Made by a program: the position numbers and the translations under genes
DNA from: Mobula birostris
Taxonomy: Eukaryota
Direction of reading: 5' to 3'
Length of the DNA stretch: 64,000 nucleotides
Assembly: GCF_030028105.1 (NCBI RefSeq)
Contig: NC_092374.1
Coordinates: 201,577,577 to 201,641,576, forward strand
Notes under the pieces: generated by a model
The model's input: only the letters and a program-made list of their open reading frames with translations
Databases searched by the model: none
Told to the model about the DNA's origin: nothing
Shown: one piece after another, positions 25,901-37,289 of the stretch
Layout of the letters: every line of letters starts with the position of its first letter
Numbering within the stretch: position 1 is the stretch's first letter

Positions 25901-28900
25901 GCAAGTAATAAGGGTAATGTGACAATTGTAACAGGGGACCTCAGTATGCAAGGGGATTGGGCAAATCAGGTTGCTGTCAGATTGCAAGAGAAGGAATTTG
26001 TTGAATGCCTACAAAATGGCTTTTTAGGGCAGCTTCTGCTTGAGCCTAACAGGGAAAAGGCATCTTAGATTTGGTATTCTGTAATACCTCAGACACTCGT
26101 GGGGATGACGGCAGAGCACAGGTGGCTGAAGTTTCTGGGGACAGTTCACAAGGCACAACATAGATATCTCTCACAGAAGTTATCAAATAGCAACCGTGGC
26201 TGACAAGGGAGGTAAAGGACTGCATAACAGCCAAGGGTAGGGCATATAGGGTAGCAAAAGTGAGTGGGAATTTGGATGATTACGAGGCTTTTAAAATCCA
26301 AAAAAAGGCAACTGAGAAAGCTTAAGAAGGCAAAAGCTGAAATATGAGGGCAAGCTAGCCAATAACATAAAGCAAGATACCAAAAGATTTTAAAGGTATG
26401 TAAGAGTCATAGGGAGGTGAGAGTTGATATTGGACCACTGGAAAATGATGCTGGTGAGGTAGTAATGGGGGACAAAGAAATGGCAGATGAACTTAATGAG
26501 TACTGTGCGTCAGTCTTCACTGTGAGAGACACTAGCAGTGTGCCAGAGGTCTGTCAGGCAGCAGGAGTGAGTGCCATTGCTATTATAAAGGAAAAAGTTC
26601 TAGGAAAACTCAAAGGTCTTAAGGCGGTTAGGTCACCTGGACCAGATAGTGTCCATCTCAGAGTCCTGAGAGAGGTGGCTGAAGAGATAACGGATGCATT
26701 GGTCATGATCTTTCAAGAATCACTTGATTTTAGCATGGTCCCAGAAAACTGGAAAATTGCAAATGTCACTCCACTCTTTAAGAAGGGAAGAAGGCAAAAG
26801 AAAGGTAATTACAGGCCAATTAGCCTAACCTCAATGGTTGGGAAATAATTGTTCGAGTCCATTATTAAGGAGTACTTTCAGGGTACTTGGAGACTAATGA
26901 TAAAATAAGTCAAAGTCAGCATGGTTTCTGTAAAGGGAAATCTTGCCTGACAAACCTGTTAGAGTTCTTCAATGAAGTAACAAGCAAGTTGGACAAAGGA
27001 GAGGCAGTGGATGTCATTCACTTAGATTTTCCGAAGGTATTTGATAAGGTGTCACATATGAAGCTGCTTAACTAGATTAAATCCTATGGTGTTACATGAA
27101 AGATACTGGCATGGCTAGAGAAATGGCTGTCAGGCAGAAGGCAGCAAGTGTGAATAAAGGGGCCCTTTCTGGTTGGCTGCCAGTGATTAGTGGTGTTCCT
27201 CAGGGGTAATTATTAGGACTGCTACCCTTCACATTGCTTGTCAGTTATTTGGATAATGGAATTGATGGCTTTGTGGATGATATGAAGATAGGTGGTAATG
27301 CTGAGGAAGCAACCAGATTGCAGCAGGACTTAGACAAATTGGAAGAATGGGGAAAAGAGTGGCAGATCGAAACAGTGTAGGGAAATGCATGATAATGCAC
27401 TTTAGTAAAAGGAACAATTATCTAAATGGAGAGAAAATTCAAACATCACAGGTGCAGAGGGACTTAGGATTCCTTGTGTGAGATTCCCAGAAGGTTAATT
27501 TACAGGTTGAGAGGGAGTAGTGAATCTGTGCAAACTCTGCCACACAGACTGTGGTGGAGGCCAAATCTGTGCGTAAATTTAAGGTAGAAGTTGATCATTT
27601 CCTGATCAGTCAGGGTATCAAAGGGCATGTGGTGAGAAGGCAGATTTATGGGGATGAATGCAACCCGGGATCAACCATGATGGAATGTTGGAGCTCCTAT
27701 GTCTTATGGTCTTATGGTCTAAACCACTTCACAATTTTTTAAACCCTGTGGAATAAGATCTGGATGTAGTTTTCACGTTACGGCCAAGAGGAAGACGGGA
27801 GGCAATAGAAGCACAGTGTCTTCTTACCTTCTGTGTCCTTCCTCCTAATGCTTTGGATCATCCCACTCGGCAGTGAAATGTGTTGAACTCTGCATGAGTA
27901 CACCGAGCCCTGGTTCCAGTTCTCTGTAGATGTCACCAGTTCGCTCTGGGAGCTATAGGTACCGTTGTCATTCAGAATGGATGCATAGCTTTTGATGTCT
28001 GTGAGCACCGGATTGCCATCAGCAAACCAGTGGAAGGCGATTTCAGCGGGGTAGTAGCCCGCTGCCTGGCAGGTGATGGTAGCCTGCTCCATAATGTCCA
28101 TTTCTTCAAGGGTCGGTGGTAAAAGATGAATCCTGGGCGCCATTGGGTATTGTCCTGTCGCAATCAGAACTACACGTGCTTAATGTGCAAGTTTTATCCA
28201 TGTTTAAGTGCAAGTTTAATGGTTGTTCAATCATACACATTCATACAGATAAACAAAACATTGTTTCTCCAGGACTGAGGTGCAAAATACCATACATTCA
28301 GCCACACACAGCACACACCACATATTGATACAATAGCATTTATGATCAGAATCAGAATGTGGTTTAATATCAATGGCATGCCTGGTGAAATTTGTTGTTT
28401 TGTGGCAGACATGCATTGAGATGCATAATAATAAAAAGCTGTAAATTACAGTGAGAAGTATATGTAAACTAAACAAAATAAGCAGTGCTAAATGAGAGGA
28501 AAAATAACAGGCACAGTGAAAAAGGAGGTCGTGTTTATGGGTTCATTGTCCATTCAGTAATTTGACGGTGAAGGAGAAAATGCAGCTCCTGTATCGGTGA
28601 ATGGTTGTCTCAGAAATAATCACAAAAATCATATCAGCACAAGTCGCCTGAAGATTAATGGTGTACAGGATGTTGCCCTGGAGCCATGCTTCATGTTACC
28701 TTCTAAGGAGGCAACAGAGCTAATGTGGGAAAATGGGAATAGTATAGAAAGGTATAGTGGAGGGATATACATGGTGAACCAAAGGGATAACCAAGGGACA
28801 ACAAACAAGAAAAAAATCTGAAGATGCTGGAGTTACGAGCAACACACACAAAATTACAACTGAGAAAGTGCTCAGAATGGTTTGAGGATGGGTAAATCTC

Positions 28901-31900
28901 CTGGACCTGATGGAATTGACCCTCAGGTTCTGAAGGAAGTAGTTGGAGAGATTGCGGAGACATTAACGATGATCTTTCAAGAATCGATAGGTCCTGGCAT
29001 TGTACCGTACCGGATGAATGGAAAATTGCAAATGTCACTCCACTACTTAAGAAGGGTGGGAGGCAGCTGAAAGGAAACTATAGACCTGTTAGCCTGACAT
29101 CAGTGGTTGGGAAGTTGTTGGAATCGATTGTTAAGGATGAGAGGCACATGACAAGATAGGCCAAAGCCAGCAGGGTTTCCTGAAAGGAAAATCCTGCCTG
29201 ACAAACCTAATGCAAATTTTTGAGCAAATTACAAGCAGGGTAGACAAAAGAGATGCAGTAGATGTGGTGTACCTGGATTTTCAGAAGGCCTTTGACAAGG
29301 TGCCGCACATGAGGCTGCTTAGCAAGATAAGAACCCATGGAATTACAGGGAAGTTACTGGCGTGGGTGGAGCATTGGTTGGTCAGCAGAAAACAAAGACT
29401 GGGAATAAAGGGATCCTATTCTGGCTGGCTGACGGTTACCCGTGGAGTTTCACAGGATTCGTGTTGGGACTGCTGCTTTTTATGAAGTATGTCAATGATT
29501 TGGACTATGGTATTAATGGATTTGTGGCTAAATTTGCTGATGATACAAAGATAGGTGGATGAGCGGGTAGTGTTCAGGAAACAGAGAACCTGCAGAGAGA
29601 TTGAGATAGCTTAGGGGAATGGGTAAAGAAGTGGCAAATGAAATACAATGTTGGAAATTGTATGGTCATGCACTTTGGTGGAAGAAATAAATGGGCAGAC
29701 TATTACTTAGATGAGGAGAGAATTCAAAATGCAGAGAGATGCAAAGGGACTTGGGAGTCTTTGTACAAGATACCCTAAAGATTAACCAGGTTGAGTCAAT
29801 TGTGAAGAAGGCGAATGCAAGGTTGGCATTCATTTCTAGTGGTATAGAATATAAGAGCGGGATGTGATTTTGAGGCTCTATAAGGCACTCGTGATACCAC
29901 ATTTGGAGTATTGTGTGCAGGGTTACCGTATGAGGAACGTTTGGCAGCTCTTGGGCTGTGTTCCCTGGATTTCAGGAGAATGAGGGGGATCTCATAGAAA
30001 CATTCCAAATATTAAAAGACCTGAACAGATTAGATATGGCAAAGTTATTTCCCATAGTAGGGGGTTCTAGGACAAGCGGGCACAACTTCAGGATTGAAGG
30101 ACGTTCATTTACAACTGAGATGTGGAGAAATTACTTTAGTCAGAGGTTGGTAATTCTGTGGAATTTGTTGCCAAGAGTGGCTGCGGAGGCCCAGTCATTG
30201 GATATACTTAAGGCAGATATAGATAGGTTCTTGATTAGCCAGGGCATCAAAAAGTATGGGGTAAAAACAGGGGAGTGGGGATGACTGTAAGAATTGGATC
30301 AGCCCATGATTGAATGGCAGAGCAGACTCGATGGGCTGAATGGCCTACTTCTGCTCCTATATCTTATGGTCTTAAAATGATGGAGGGCCTCAGCAGGCCT
30401 GATGAAGAGTCTCGGCCCGAAGCATCTCTGTTTACTCTTTTCCACAGATGTTGCCTGGCCTGCTGAGTTCCTCCAGCATTTTGTGTGTATCACAAGAGAC
30501 AGCACGAGGGACACCAGTTTCTAGCCTATCTGCACACCGTGTTCTACCCCAGAGTAAGTCAAAATCTACACTTACCGGCACTGCTGGCTTGTTTGGAGAT
30601 GGGTGAGGGGAGAGTGTCATGAGAAACGCGACAGGCGTAGATGGAGCCCTTGATCCACTGGGATGTGCTGGTCGTCAGCTTGCTGATCTTGGTGTAGGTT
30701 GCGTTGGGCCCCAGCAGGGAAACTGAATGTGAAACCCCCGCGTCCACCTCCTCTCCATCTAGCCACCAGGAAATGGAGATGGGCTCGGGGTAGAAGTCCT
30801 CGGCCACGCAGAGCAAAGTGATTTCCTGATGCTCGAGAACATCATTGGGACTCGGATGATTCAGGTAGACCTCTGGAGGTGACTGGGGAGGGGCTGGTAT
30901 AGAAGAACAATGTTAACCTGTCCTGAGGACCTTAACCCGCACAGGACAAGTAGGCCTAACTCACAAATAATTACGCACACCACATTACGCGAACAGCTAT
31001 AAAAAAAAGGCTCGCAGTGGCTAGATATCTGAAATTCAGCATAAAACCAGGAGAAACACATGACGGGTCAGTCAGAATACCCCAGTAAGAAGAGCCAAGT
31101 TTCAGCTGAGATTGAACGAGAAAGTCCGAAGTGCAAAATATTTTACGATGCAGTAAGAGAGGGAAGGAAAAGTGAGGCGGACTGAGATACAAGAGAATGC
31201 CGATGCTGGAATCTGCAGTAACAAACTGCTGGAGGAACTCAGTGGATCAAACGGCATTTCTGGAGGAAAATGAATTGCCAGGGAATTTTAGCAATGTTTG
31301 CAATTCCCTTCCTCCCACAGACGCCGCTTAACCCGCTGAACTTCACCAGCAGATTCCTTCTTGCTATGGGAGGGTCAGTTGGTCCTAATGCTGTTTCTTT
31401 CTACACAGACGCTGCCAGGCTAGCTGAGTATTCTTCGCCTTTCGTGTAAAATCTGCAAACCTGTTAGATTGTTTTAACTCAGTTTTCTTTCCTTCAGGTA
31501 ACTTCAGCTTCCTCAGTGTTTTCCTACCACCACTAGACCATTAGACATATGAGCAGAATAAGGCCACTCTGCCCATTGTCTTCTCTGTCATTCCAACATG
31601 ACTAATTTACTTTCCTTCTTAGACCCGTTCTCCAGCGTCTCCTGCAGCCTTAGATGCCCTGACTAATAAACAGCCTGTCAACCTCCACTTTAAATATTCT
31701 CAATGACTTGGTCGTCCTTGCGTCTGTGCAAAGAATTCCACAGGTTCCCCACTCTCTGGCGATAGAAATTTCAATTAATCTCTGTTCTAAAGGGAGTCTT
31801 TTCTCCCCCGAGGCTGTGCTCTCTGGTCCCAAAAATGTTACAAAATTCGTTATTCTCATTTTCCCATTCTCTTTTGTCTTTGTATAATAATTGTACCATT

Positions 31901-34347
31901 TTCCCTCGCTTGGACAAATCCGCAGTAATCTTTCCTATAGATGCAGTTATCCAAGTATCTTTTAGATGTCGCCATTGTACCTGGCTCAACCACTTTGTCT
32001 GACAGTGTGCTCCACATATGCAATGCGCTCTGCGTGGGGAAGTCACCATAAATAACTGTGCGATTACCTCTCATCCTACGTCAACCCTTCATGATTTTAT
32101 ACACCTCTTTGAGGTCGCCCCCCCCCAATCTCCTACAATCCAAGGTACAAAGTTCTAGATCTCTCAACCTAGATCTCAGTCCCACAGGTCGAGGCAAATT
32201 TCTCGTAAAGATTCTTTCCACTCTTCCTACAACAAGGTAATCCAAACTGTGTACTGGGCTAGAAAGAGACAGAAAAAATTCTGAGCAGTATCTTCGGTCA
32301 CCATGTACACCGAGCGGCTGCTTTATTTGCTGCCTCCGGTATTGAATGAGGTGGCCTCTGAATGTGTGTTCATGGATTTTGGCTGCTGTAGCTCATCCAC
32401 TTCAAGCTGTCAGGTGTTGTGCATTCTGAGATGCAGGTGATCAAGTAACGTGGCCACTGAGTGTATGCTAACTGATTAATTCTAACAATATCAGACTAAA
32501 AACAGCAACACACATCAAAGTTGCTGGTGATCGCAGCAGGCCAGGCAGCATCTCTAGGAAGAGGTACAGTCGACGTTTCAAGCCAAGACCCTTCATCAGG
32601 ACTAACTGAAGGAAGAGTTAGTAAGAGATTCGAAAGTGGGAGGAGGAGGGGGAGATCCAATATATCAGACTAATGTCTGGTCCTAAAGTCGGCTCATGGA
32701 TGGTCGAGATCCTTCACTCAGTCTACCGCAACAGTTTGAATATCCCAGTGGCCAACCATTTGAATCCTACTTCTCATTCCCATTCCCATTTCCATTCCTA
32801 ATCTGACATGTCAGTCTGCTGTCAGGATGTGGCTACTTTCTGTTTGAAACAACAACACCTCATATTTCATCTAGGCCACCTCCAACCTGATGGCAAGAAT
32901 ATTGATTTCTCTACGCGACGTCCATGGGCTCTGGGAGCACAGCATTCTCTCGCCACGGCACTATGGCCCTAACTTAGGGCAGGTGCCGACAAACAGAAAG
33001 AGAGGGCACTTACCGGCGTCTACAGTAAGGGTAACTCCGCACCCGCTCCAGTCGGTGCTGAAGGAAAAGTAGGAGTTGGAGGTTCCACAGTAATATCTGG
33101 CGGAATCCTCCCGCTGTAGATCCTGAATAGTGAGGGAGAACTTCTTGCTCGTCCAGTCTTTGGAACCAATGAACCTGTCAGATCTCGGTTCCGAGTACAC
33201 CGGCGCCGTGAAACCCGGGGTCCAGAACAGGATCCACGAGATCAACTGGTCCGTGGGCTTCGCGGACCCCCAGAAGAAGAAATGGTCATCTAGATTCCTG
33301 GAAGTGAAGCAATCCAGCGTCACAGTTTCATTTTCGCGACGGCTGGTGGATATCGGGGATATGTACAGAGTGTCGTCAGCCAGAACGAAGCCTGCAGTTA
33401 AAGACAGAGGCACAAGTATTTAGGGCGAAGCAAAGCGGGCGAAAAACAATGGGCAGAAAGAAATGCAAAGTTCAGTTTCCTTTATGCATGGAGTGGTGAT
33501 CTGGATGGCCGGTTGAACGGTAATTCACAAAGGGAGCTGGATATTTATTGAAGTGGGCTGGAATTTGCAGAGTTAACATGGAGAGAGTAATGGAGCTCGG
33601 ATCAAAGATCCAACCCAAGCCGAAAGGGCCGATTGGCCTCCTTCTGTGCTTGAATCTAACTGTTAGTTGGTGATAGTTGTCACTTTCTCGTGGTGCTAAC
33701 TTTCTCCAGAATGTATTACCTGCCGACCGCCACCAATCCAGACTCACTTTCAAGGGGGTAAGAATACTGGAGGGGTCCTGTGGTACGGATCGGTCACCTG
33801 ATCTGACATTCCCCGAACACGTTCGTCAGAGGTTACTGCGCGAAGGCAAGCAAGTAGGGGCGAGAGGAATAATAAGGCACCACAGCAGCGTTGCCGTTAG
33901 AGCGAAGCTATTACGGCTCGGGAATTGAAGTTCTGAGCTCAATTCCCGCGTCCTATGTAAGAAAATTTGTACGTTCTTCCCATGTATTTGTGGGTTTCTT
34001 CTGGGCGCTTCGGTTTCCAACGCGCAGTCAAAATACGCACTGATTAGTAGGTTTAGTTGTAAATTGTCCTGTGATTAAACAGGATCAAACCAGCAGGTTG
34101 CTGGGCGGCGCGGTTCCGTGGGCCGGAAGGCGCTGTTCCGTGCTATATCTCTAAATAAATAAAGACGAATGAATGAATAAATAAATAAATAAATAAATAA
34201 ATAAACCAGCTAGGTTAGACCGTCGGGTCGAATGGTCTAATAATGCCCCTATGTCATATGGCGGAGATGGCAGACCTAAGGCCGCGTTTCGACTGCCGTG
34301 GAGGTTCTACCTGTTTGAATAACGGGCAGTATCAAGAGCCACCACAT
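22680..34347 (-). CDS. UrIg: Non-rearranging secreted Ig heavy-chain-like gene (L-VJ-C1-C1-C1, 455 aa), UrIg-like; join(34347-34311, 33391-33014, 30893-30576, 28154-27828, 22987-22680)
   Basis: Five exons of 37+378+318+327+308 = 1368 nt, all joined in phase 1 at GT-AG sites, give one open frame ending in TAA. Each Ig domain has the canonical Cys...Trp...Tyr-x-Cys pattern. There is no TM segment and no RSS. The gene model is well supported; the symbol rests on architecture matching my recollection of elasmobranch UrIg and needs BLAST confirmation. Confidence 0.85.
23380..24060 (+). mobile_element. Tc1-type element remnant (same family as 45142-45479) with a short repeat inserted at about 23470-23640
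   Basis: TIR-like ctttactaggtgcacc; transposase remnant YNSGMQKSISE...MGYSSRRP near 23945-24030. Confidence 0.65.
25300..27720 (+). mobile_element. Degenerate CR1 LINE in Ig intron 4 (antisense to the Ig gene)
   Basis: APE and RT remnants: SPGPD, NYRPISLTS, SQHGFCKGKSCLTNL. Confidence 0.8.
27828..28154 (-). CDS. Ig gene exon 4: C1-set constant domain 2
   Basis: Acceptor ctgattgcgacag| (weak pyrimidine tract but correct phase), donor GAAG|gtaaga, 327 nt. Encodes PRIHLLPP...ATITCQAAGYYPAEIAFHW...WNQGSVYSCRVQH. Confidence 0.93.
28600..30375 (+). mobile_element. Degenerate CR1 LINE in Ig intron 3 (antisense to the Ig gene)
   Basis: KSPGPDG, YLDFQKAFDKVPH, KFADDTK; CR1 3' end ...cctatatcttatggtctta. 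Confidence 0.8.
30576..30893 (-). CDS. Ig gene exon 3: C1-set constant domain 1
   Basis: Acceptor ttgttcttctataccag|, donor GCCG|gtaagt, 318 nt. Encodes PPEVYL...ITLLCVAEDFYPEPISISW...WIKGSIYACRVSH. Confidence 0.95.
33014..33391 (-). CDS. Ig gene exon 2: V-set domain with J-like G strand in the same exon
   Basis: Acceptor ctctgtctttaactgcag|, donor GCCG|gtaagt, 378 nt. Encodes VTLDC...FFFWG...FSLTIQDLQREDSARYYC...WSGCGVTLTV. Confidence 0.95.
33880..34155 (+). mobile_element. HE1/V-SINE-like SINE in Ig intron 1 (other copies at about 255-540, 24360-24540, 40220-40500 and 54660-54880)
   Basis: Shared core gggcgctccggtttcc...ttgtaaattgtcc and tail gaagggcctgttcc...tatctctaaataaa across the copies. 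The family name is from memory of elasmobranch SINEs. Confidence 0.65.
34174..34205. repeat. (AAAT)n tail of the adjacent SINE
   Basis: Read directly. Confidence 0.9.
34311..34347 (-). CDS. Ig gene exon 1: leader peptide MWWLLILPVIQT(G)
   Basis: ATG at 34347, 12 codons plus 1 nt, then CAG|GTAGAA (phase 1). Spliced to the V exon it gives MWWLLILPVIQTGFVLA-DD, a typical split Ig signal peptide. The donor is only moderately consensus. Confidence 0.75.
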
Positions 34348-35424
34348 CTTCTGATCGCCGCCACTGGCGAGAATAGCTGAGGGCTTCTGGGGTTCCGGGG
34401 TGAGCTGGGACAGTGGACTCAACCGGATCCGTTTCAATTCCCACAGCCAAGGCTTAGATCCAAGAGGAAGGCAGATGATTGTATCCCGACCTCCTCAGAA
34501 TGGAGCTGTGGCTCCTGGCTAAGGTCCAATGTACGAATTAATGGCTCACTTATAAAGAATGACAGAAACCCTAATGTTGCATTGCCACCAATCTCTCGTA
34601 CCCGACCCATTTACTAACTCACCGAAGACATTGACCCGGTATGTTAAAATGGTAAAAGAAAAATATCACAGCACTTGTCACAATGATACACTACACCATA
34701 CCCACGGCTCGGGGTCTCAGAGTAGGGGTGAGAGGCGTGCTATCCCTGAGCCAAAAACTCCTTGGTTCAACCGCTAACATAGAGCATGGGCATGAACGGG
34801 TGGCAATGTGGAGCCGCAGCTGCTGCCCCCAAGCTTCAGAAATCAGGATCGATCCTGACCTTGGGATCTGAGGTCTGTGGGGGTTGATGCATTCACCCGC
34901 CCCCCGCCCCCACTGAATGTGCGGAGCGTTCCCCTTAGGTCCTTCCGTTTCCTTTCACGTTCTAATAATGAGCGATTTAACTGTTTGGTCACGTTAAATT
35001 AATTTATTCCTTAATGTAAGTAAGTTCAAAATAATGGAATGGATGTTGATCAGTGCGCGAAAATTCGTCTGCGTACAAAGCAGAGAGACGGTTTGGTAAA
35101 GCGNNNNNNNNNNNNNNNNNNNNNNNNNNNNNNNNNNNNNNNNNNNNNNNNNNNNNNNNNNNNNNNNNNNNNNNNNNNNNNNNNNNNNNNNNNNNNNNNN
35201 NNNNNNNNNNNNNNNNNNNNNNNNNNNNNNNNNNNNNNNNNNNNNNNNNNNNNNNNNNNNNNNNNNNNNNNNNNNNNGGGGAGGGGTCGGTGGAGAAAGA
35301 CTGCGTGTCTGTGCGTTTGTGCGTTAGAGAAAGGGGATAGATAGTAGATAGATAGATAGAGAAATGGGAAGAGAGAGAAAGAGAGAAATAGAGAGAAAGA
35401 GAGACAATAGACAATAGACAATAT

Positions 35425-36213
35425 GTGCAGGACTAGGCCATTCGGCCCTTCGAGCCAGCACCGCCATTCACTGTGATCATGGCTGATCATCCACAATCAG
35501 TAACCCGTTCCTGCCTTATCCCCATAACCTTTGATTCCACTATCTTTAAGAGCTCTATCCATCTCTTTTTTGAAAGCATCCAGAGACTTGACCTCCACAG
35601 CCTTCTGGGGCAGAGCATTCCATATATCCACCACTCTCTGGGTGAAAAAGTTTTTCTTCAACTCCGTTCTAAATGGCCTACCCCTTATTCTTAAACTGTG
35701 GCCTCTGGTTCTGGAATCACCCATTAGCGGGAGCAAGCTTCCTGCCTCCAGCGTATCCAATCCCTTAATAATCTTATATGTTTCAATAAGATCCCCTCTC
35801 AGCCTTCTAAATTCCAGAGTATACAAGCCCAGTCGCTCCAATCTTTCGACATATGAAGTCCCGCCATCCTGGGAATTAACCTTGTGAACCTACACTGCAC
35901 TCCCTCAATAGCAAGAATATCCTTCCTCAAATTTGGAGACCAAAACTGCACACAGTACTCCAGATGTGGTCTCACCAGGGCCCTGTACAGCTGCAGAAGG
36001 ACCTCTTTGCTGTTATACTCAATTCCACTTGTTATGAACGCCAGCATGCCATTATCTTTCTTCACTGCCTGCTGTACTTGCATGCTTGCTTTCAGTGACT
36101 GATGTACAAGACACCTAGATCTCGTTGTACTTCCCTTTTTCCTAACTTGACTCCATTTAGATAACAATCTGCCTTCCCGTTCTTACCACCAAAGTGGATA
36201 ACCTCACATTTAG
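35425..36213 (-). mobile_element. CR1 3' fragment
   Basis: RPHLEYCVQFWSP and FFTQRVVDIWNALP in the minus-strand ORFs. Confidence 0.85.
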
Positions 36214-36739
36214 NNNNNNNNNNNNNNNNNNNNNNNNNNNNNNNNNNNNNNNNNNNNNNNNNNNNNNNNNNNNNNNNNNNNNNNNNNNNNNNNNNNNNNN
36301 NNNNNNNNNNNNNNNNNNNNNNNNNNNNNNNNNNNNNNNNNNNNNNNNNNNNNNNNNNNNNNNNNNNNNNNNNNNNNNNNNNNNGAGGAATGGGATTGTG
36401 TTTTGAGAGCTAACATGGGTCTAAATCCAAAATTCTAGGCAAATAATCCAACAATTTTCTACTATACTCTAATTGATCTGCATTTGCCCACAAAACCAGG
36501 GGCATTGCCAGTATTTACCTAATCTATAATGCCCTCCTGAATCTCAATGCCTCAGCGAGCTTTTTCAACGGGTGGTTATCACACAGGTGGGAGTGAGCCG
36601 CAGGCAAGGCCAGACCGGGAGAAGATGGCGGGCTTCACTCCCTGGAGGGCGCGAGCGAACCAGGTGGCTGTTGCGCCAACCTCAATCAAAATCACTGCTT
36701 TCATACACGGATCCTCCACTTTCTCAGAAGTTTGTGATG

Positions 36740-37150
36740 CCATCTGAGACGTTGACTAATAACTGTAGGTGCACAGTTGAGTGTACCCTGCAGGTTGCTT
36801 CACGGCCCGGTACGGAAACAGCAATGCTCAAGAATAAAATGCCAACATTAATGGTGAACTCAGCCCAGAGCATTAAAACCCTTCCCACCATTGAGCTTAC
36901 CTACAAAGAGCGCATGCACAAGAAAGCAGCATCTATCGTGAATGATTCCCACCATCCGGGTAAGGCTCTTTTCTCGCTGTTGTCATCAGATTGTTGGACA
37001 GGGGCCTTCGGTCACAACCACCAGGTTAAACAACGTCTCTTACTCTACAGCTATCAAAGTGCCGAACACTCCCGGCAACGCGGAATTGAGACCACAGCTT
37101 ATGGACTCAAGACCTCTGTAACATGTACTCAGTTATATCTATCTATCTAT
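36740..37150 (+). mobile_element. Rex1/Babar- or L2-type LINE 3' remnant (also at about 6600-7060, 40500-41100 and 55200-55440)
   Basis: IVNDSHHPGKALFSLLSS; the other copies read RRLRHARTTRHKNRYF. Confidence 0.55.
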
Positions 37151-37289
37151 CCAATTATTATTATTATTATTAATTTTCTCTCATGTCCAACTGTTAAAAC
37201 CTGAGGTACGGACATAGCCATGCACACTCATTTGCCAATTACTAGGAACTTTGGGACTATTCTGGTGGTGTTTAGTATTCTGGCTTTTA

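Noticed and set aside
27813-27819. Perfect CACAGTG heptamer near the C2 donor (others near 10893 and 28511)
   Set aside because: No ACAAAAACC-like nonamer at either spacing, and the site is not adjacent to a V or J segment.
33086-33092. Heptamer-like CACAGTA (TACTGTG on the coding strand) at the YYC of the V exon
   Set aside because: It is forced by the Tyr-Cys codons, and there is no nonamer at 12 or 23 nt spacing, so it is not evidence of an RSS.
34526-34556. CCAAT and TATAAA motifs about 200 nt upstream of the Ig ATG
   Set aside because: Their order and orientation fit the plus strand better than the minus-strand gene; they cannot be supported as its promoter.
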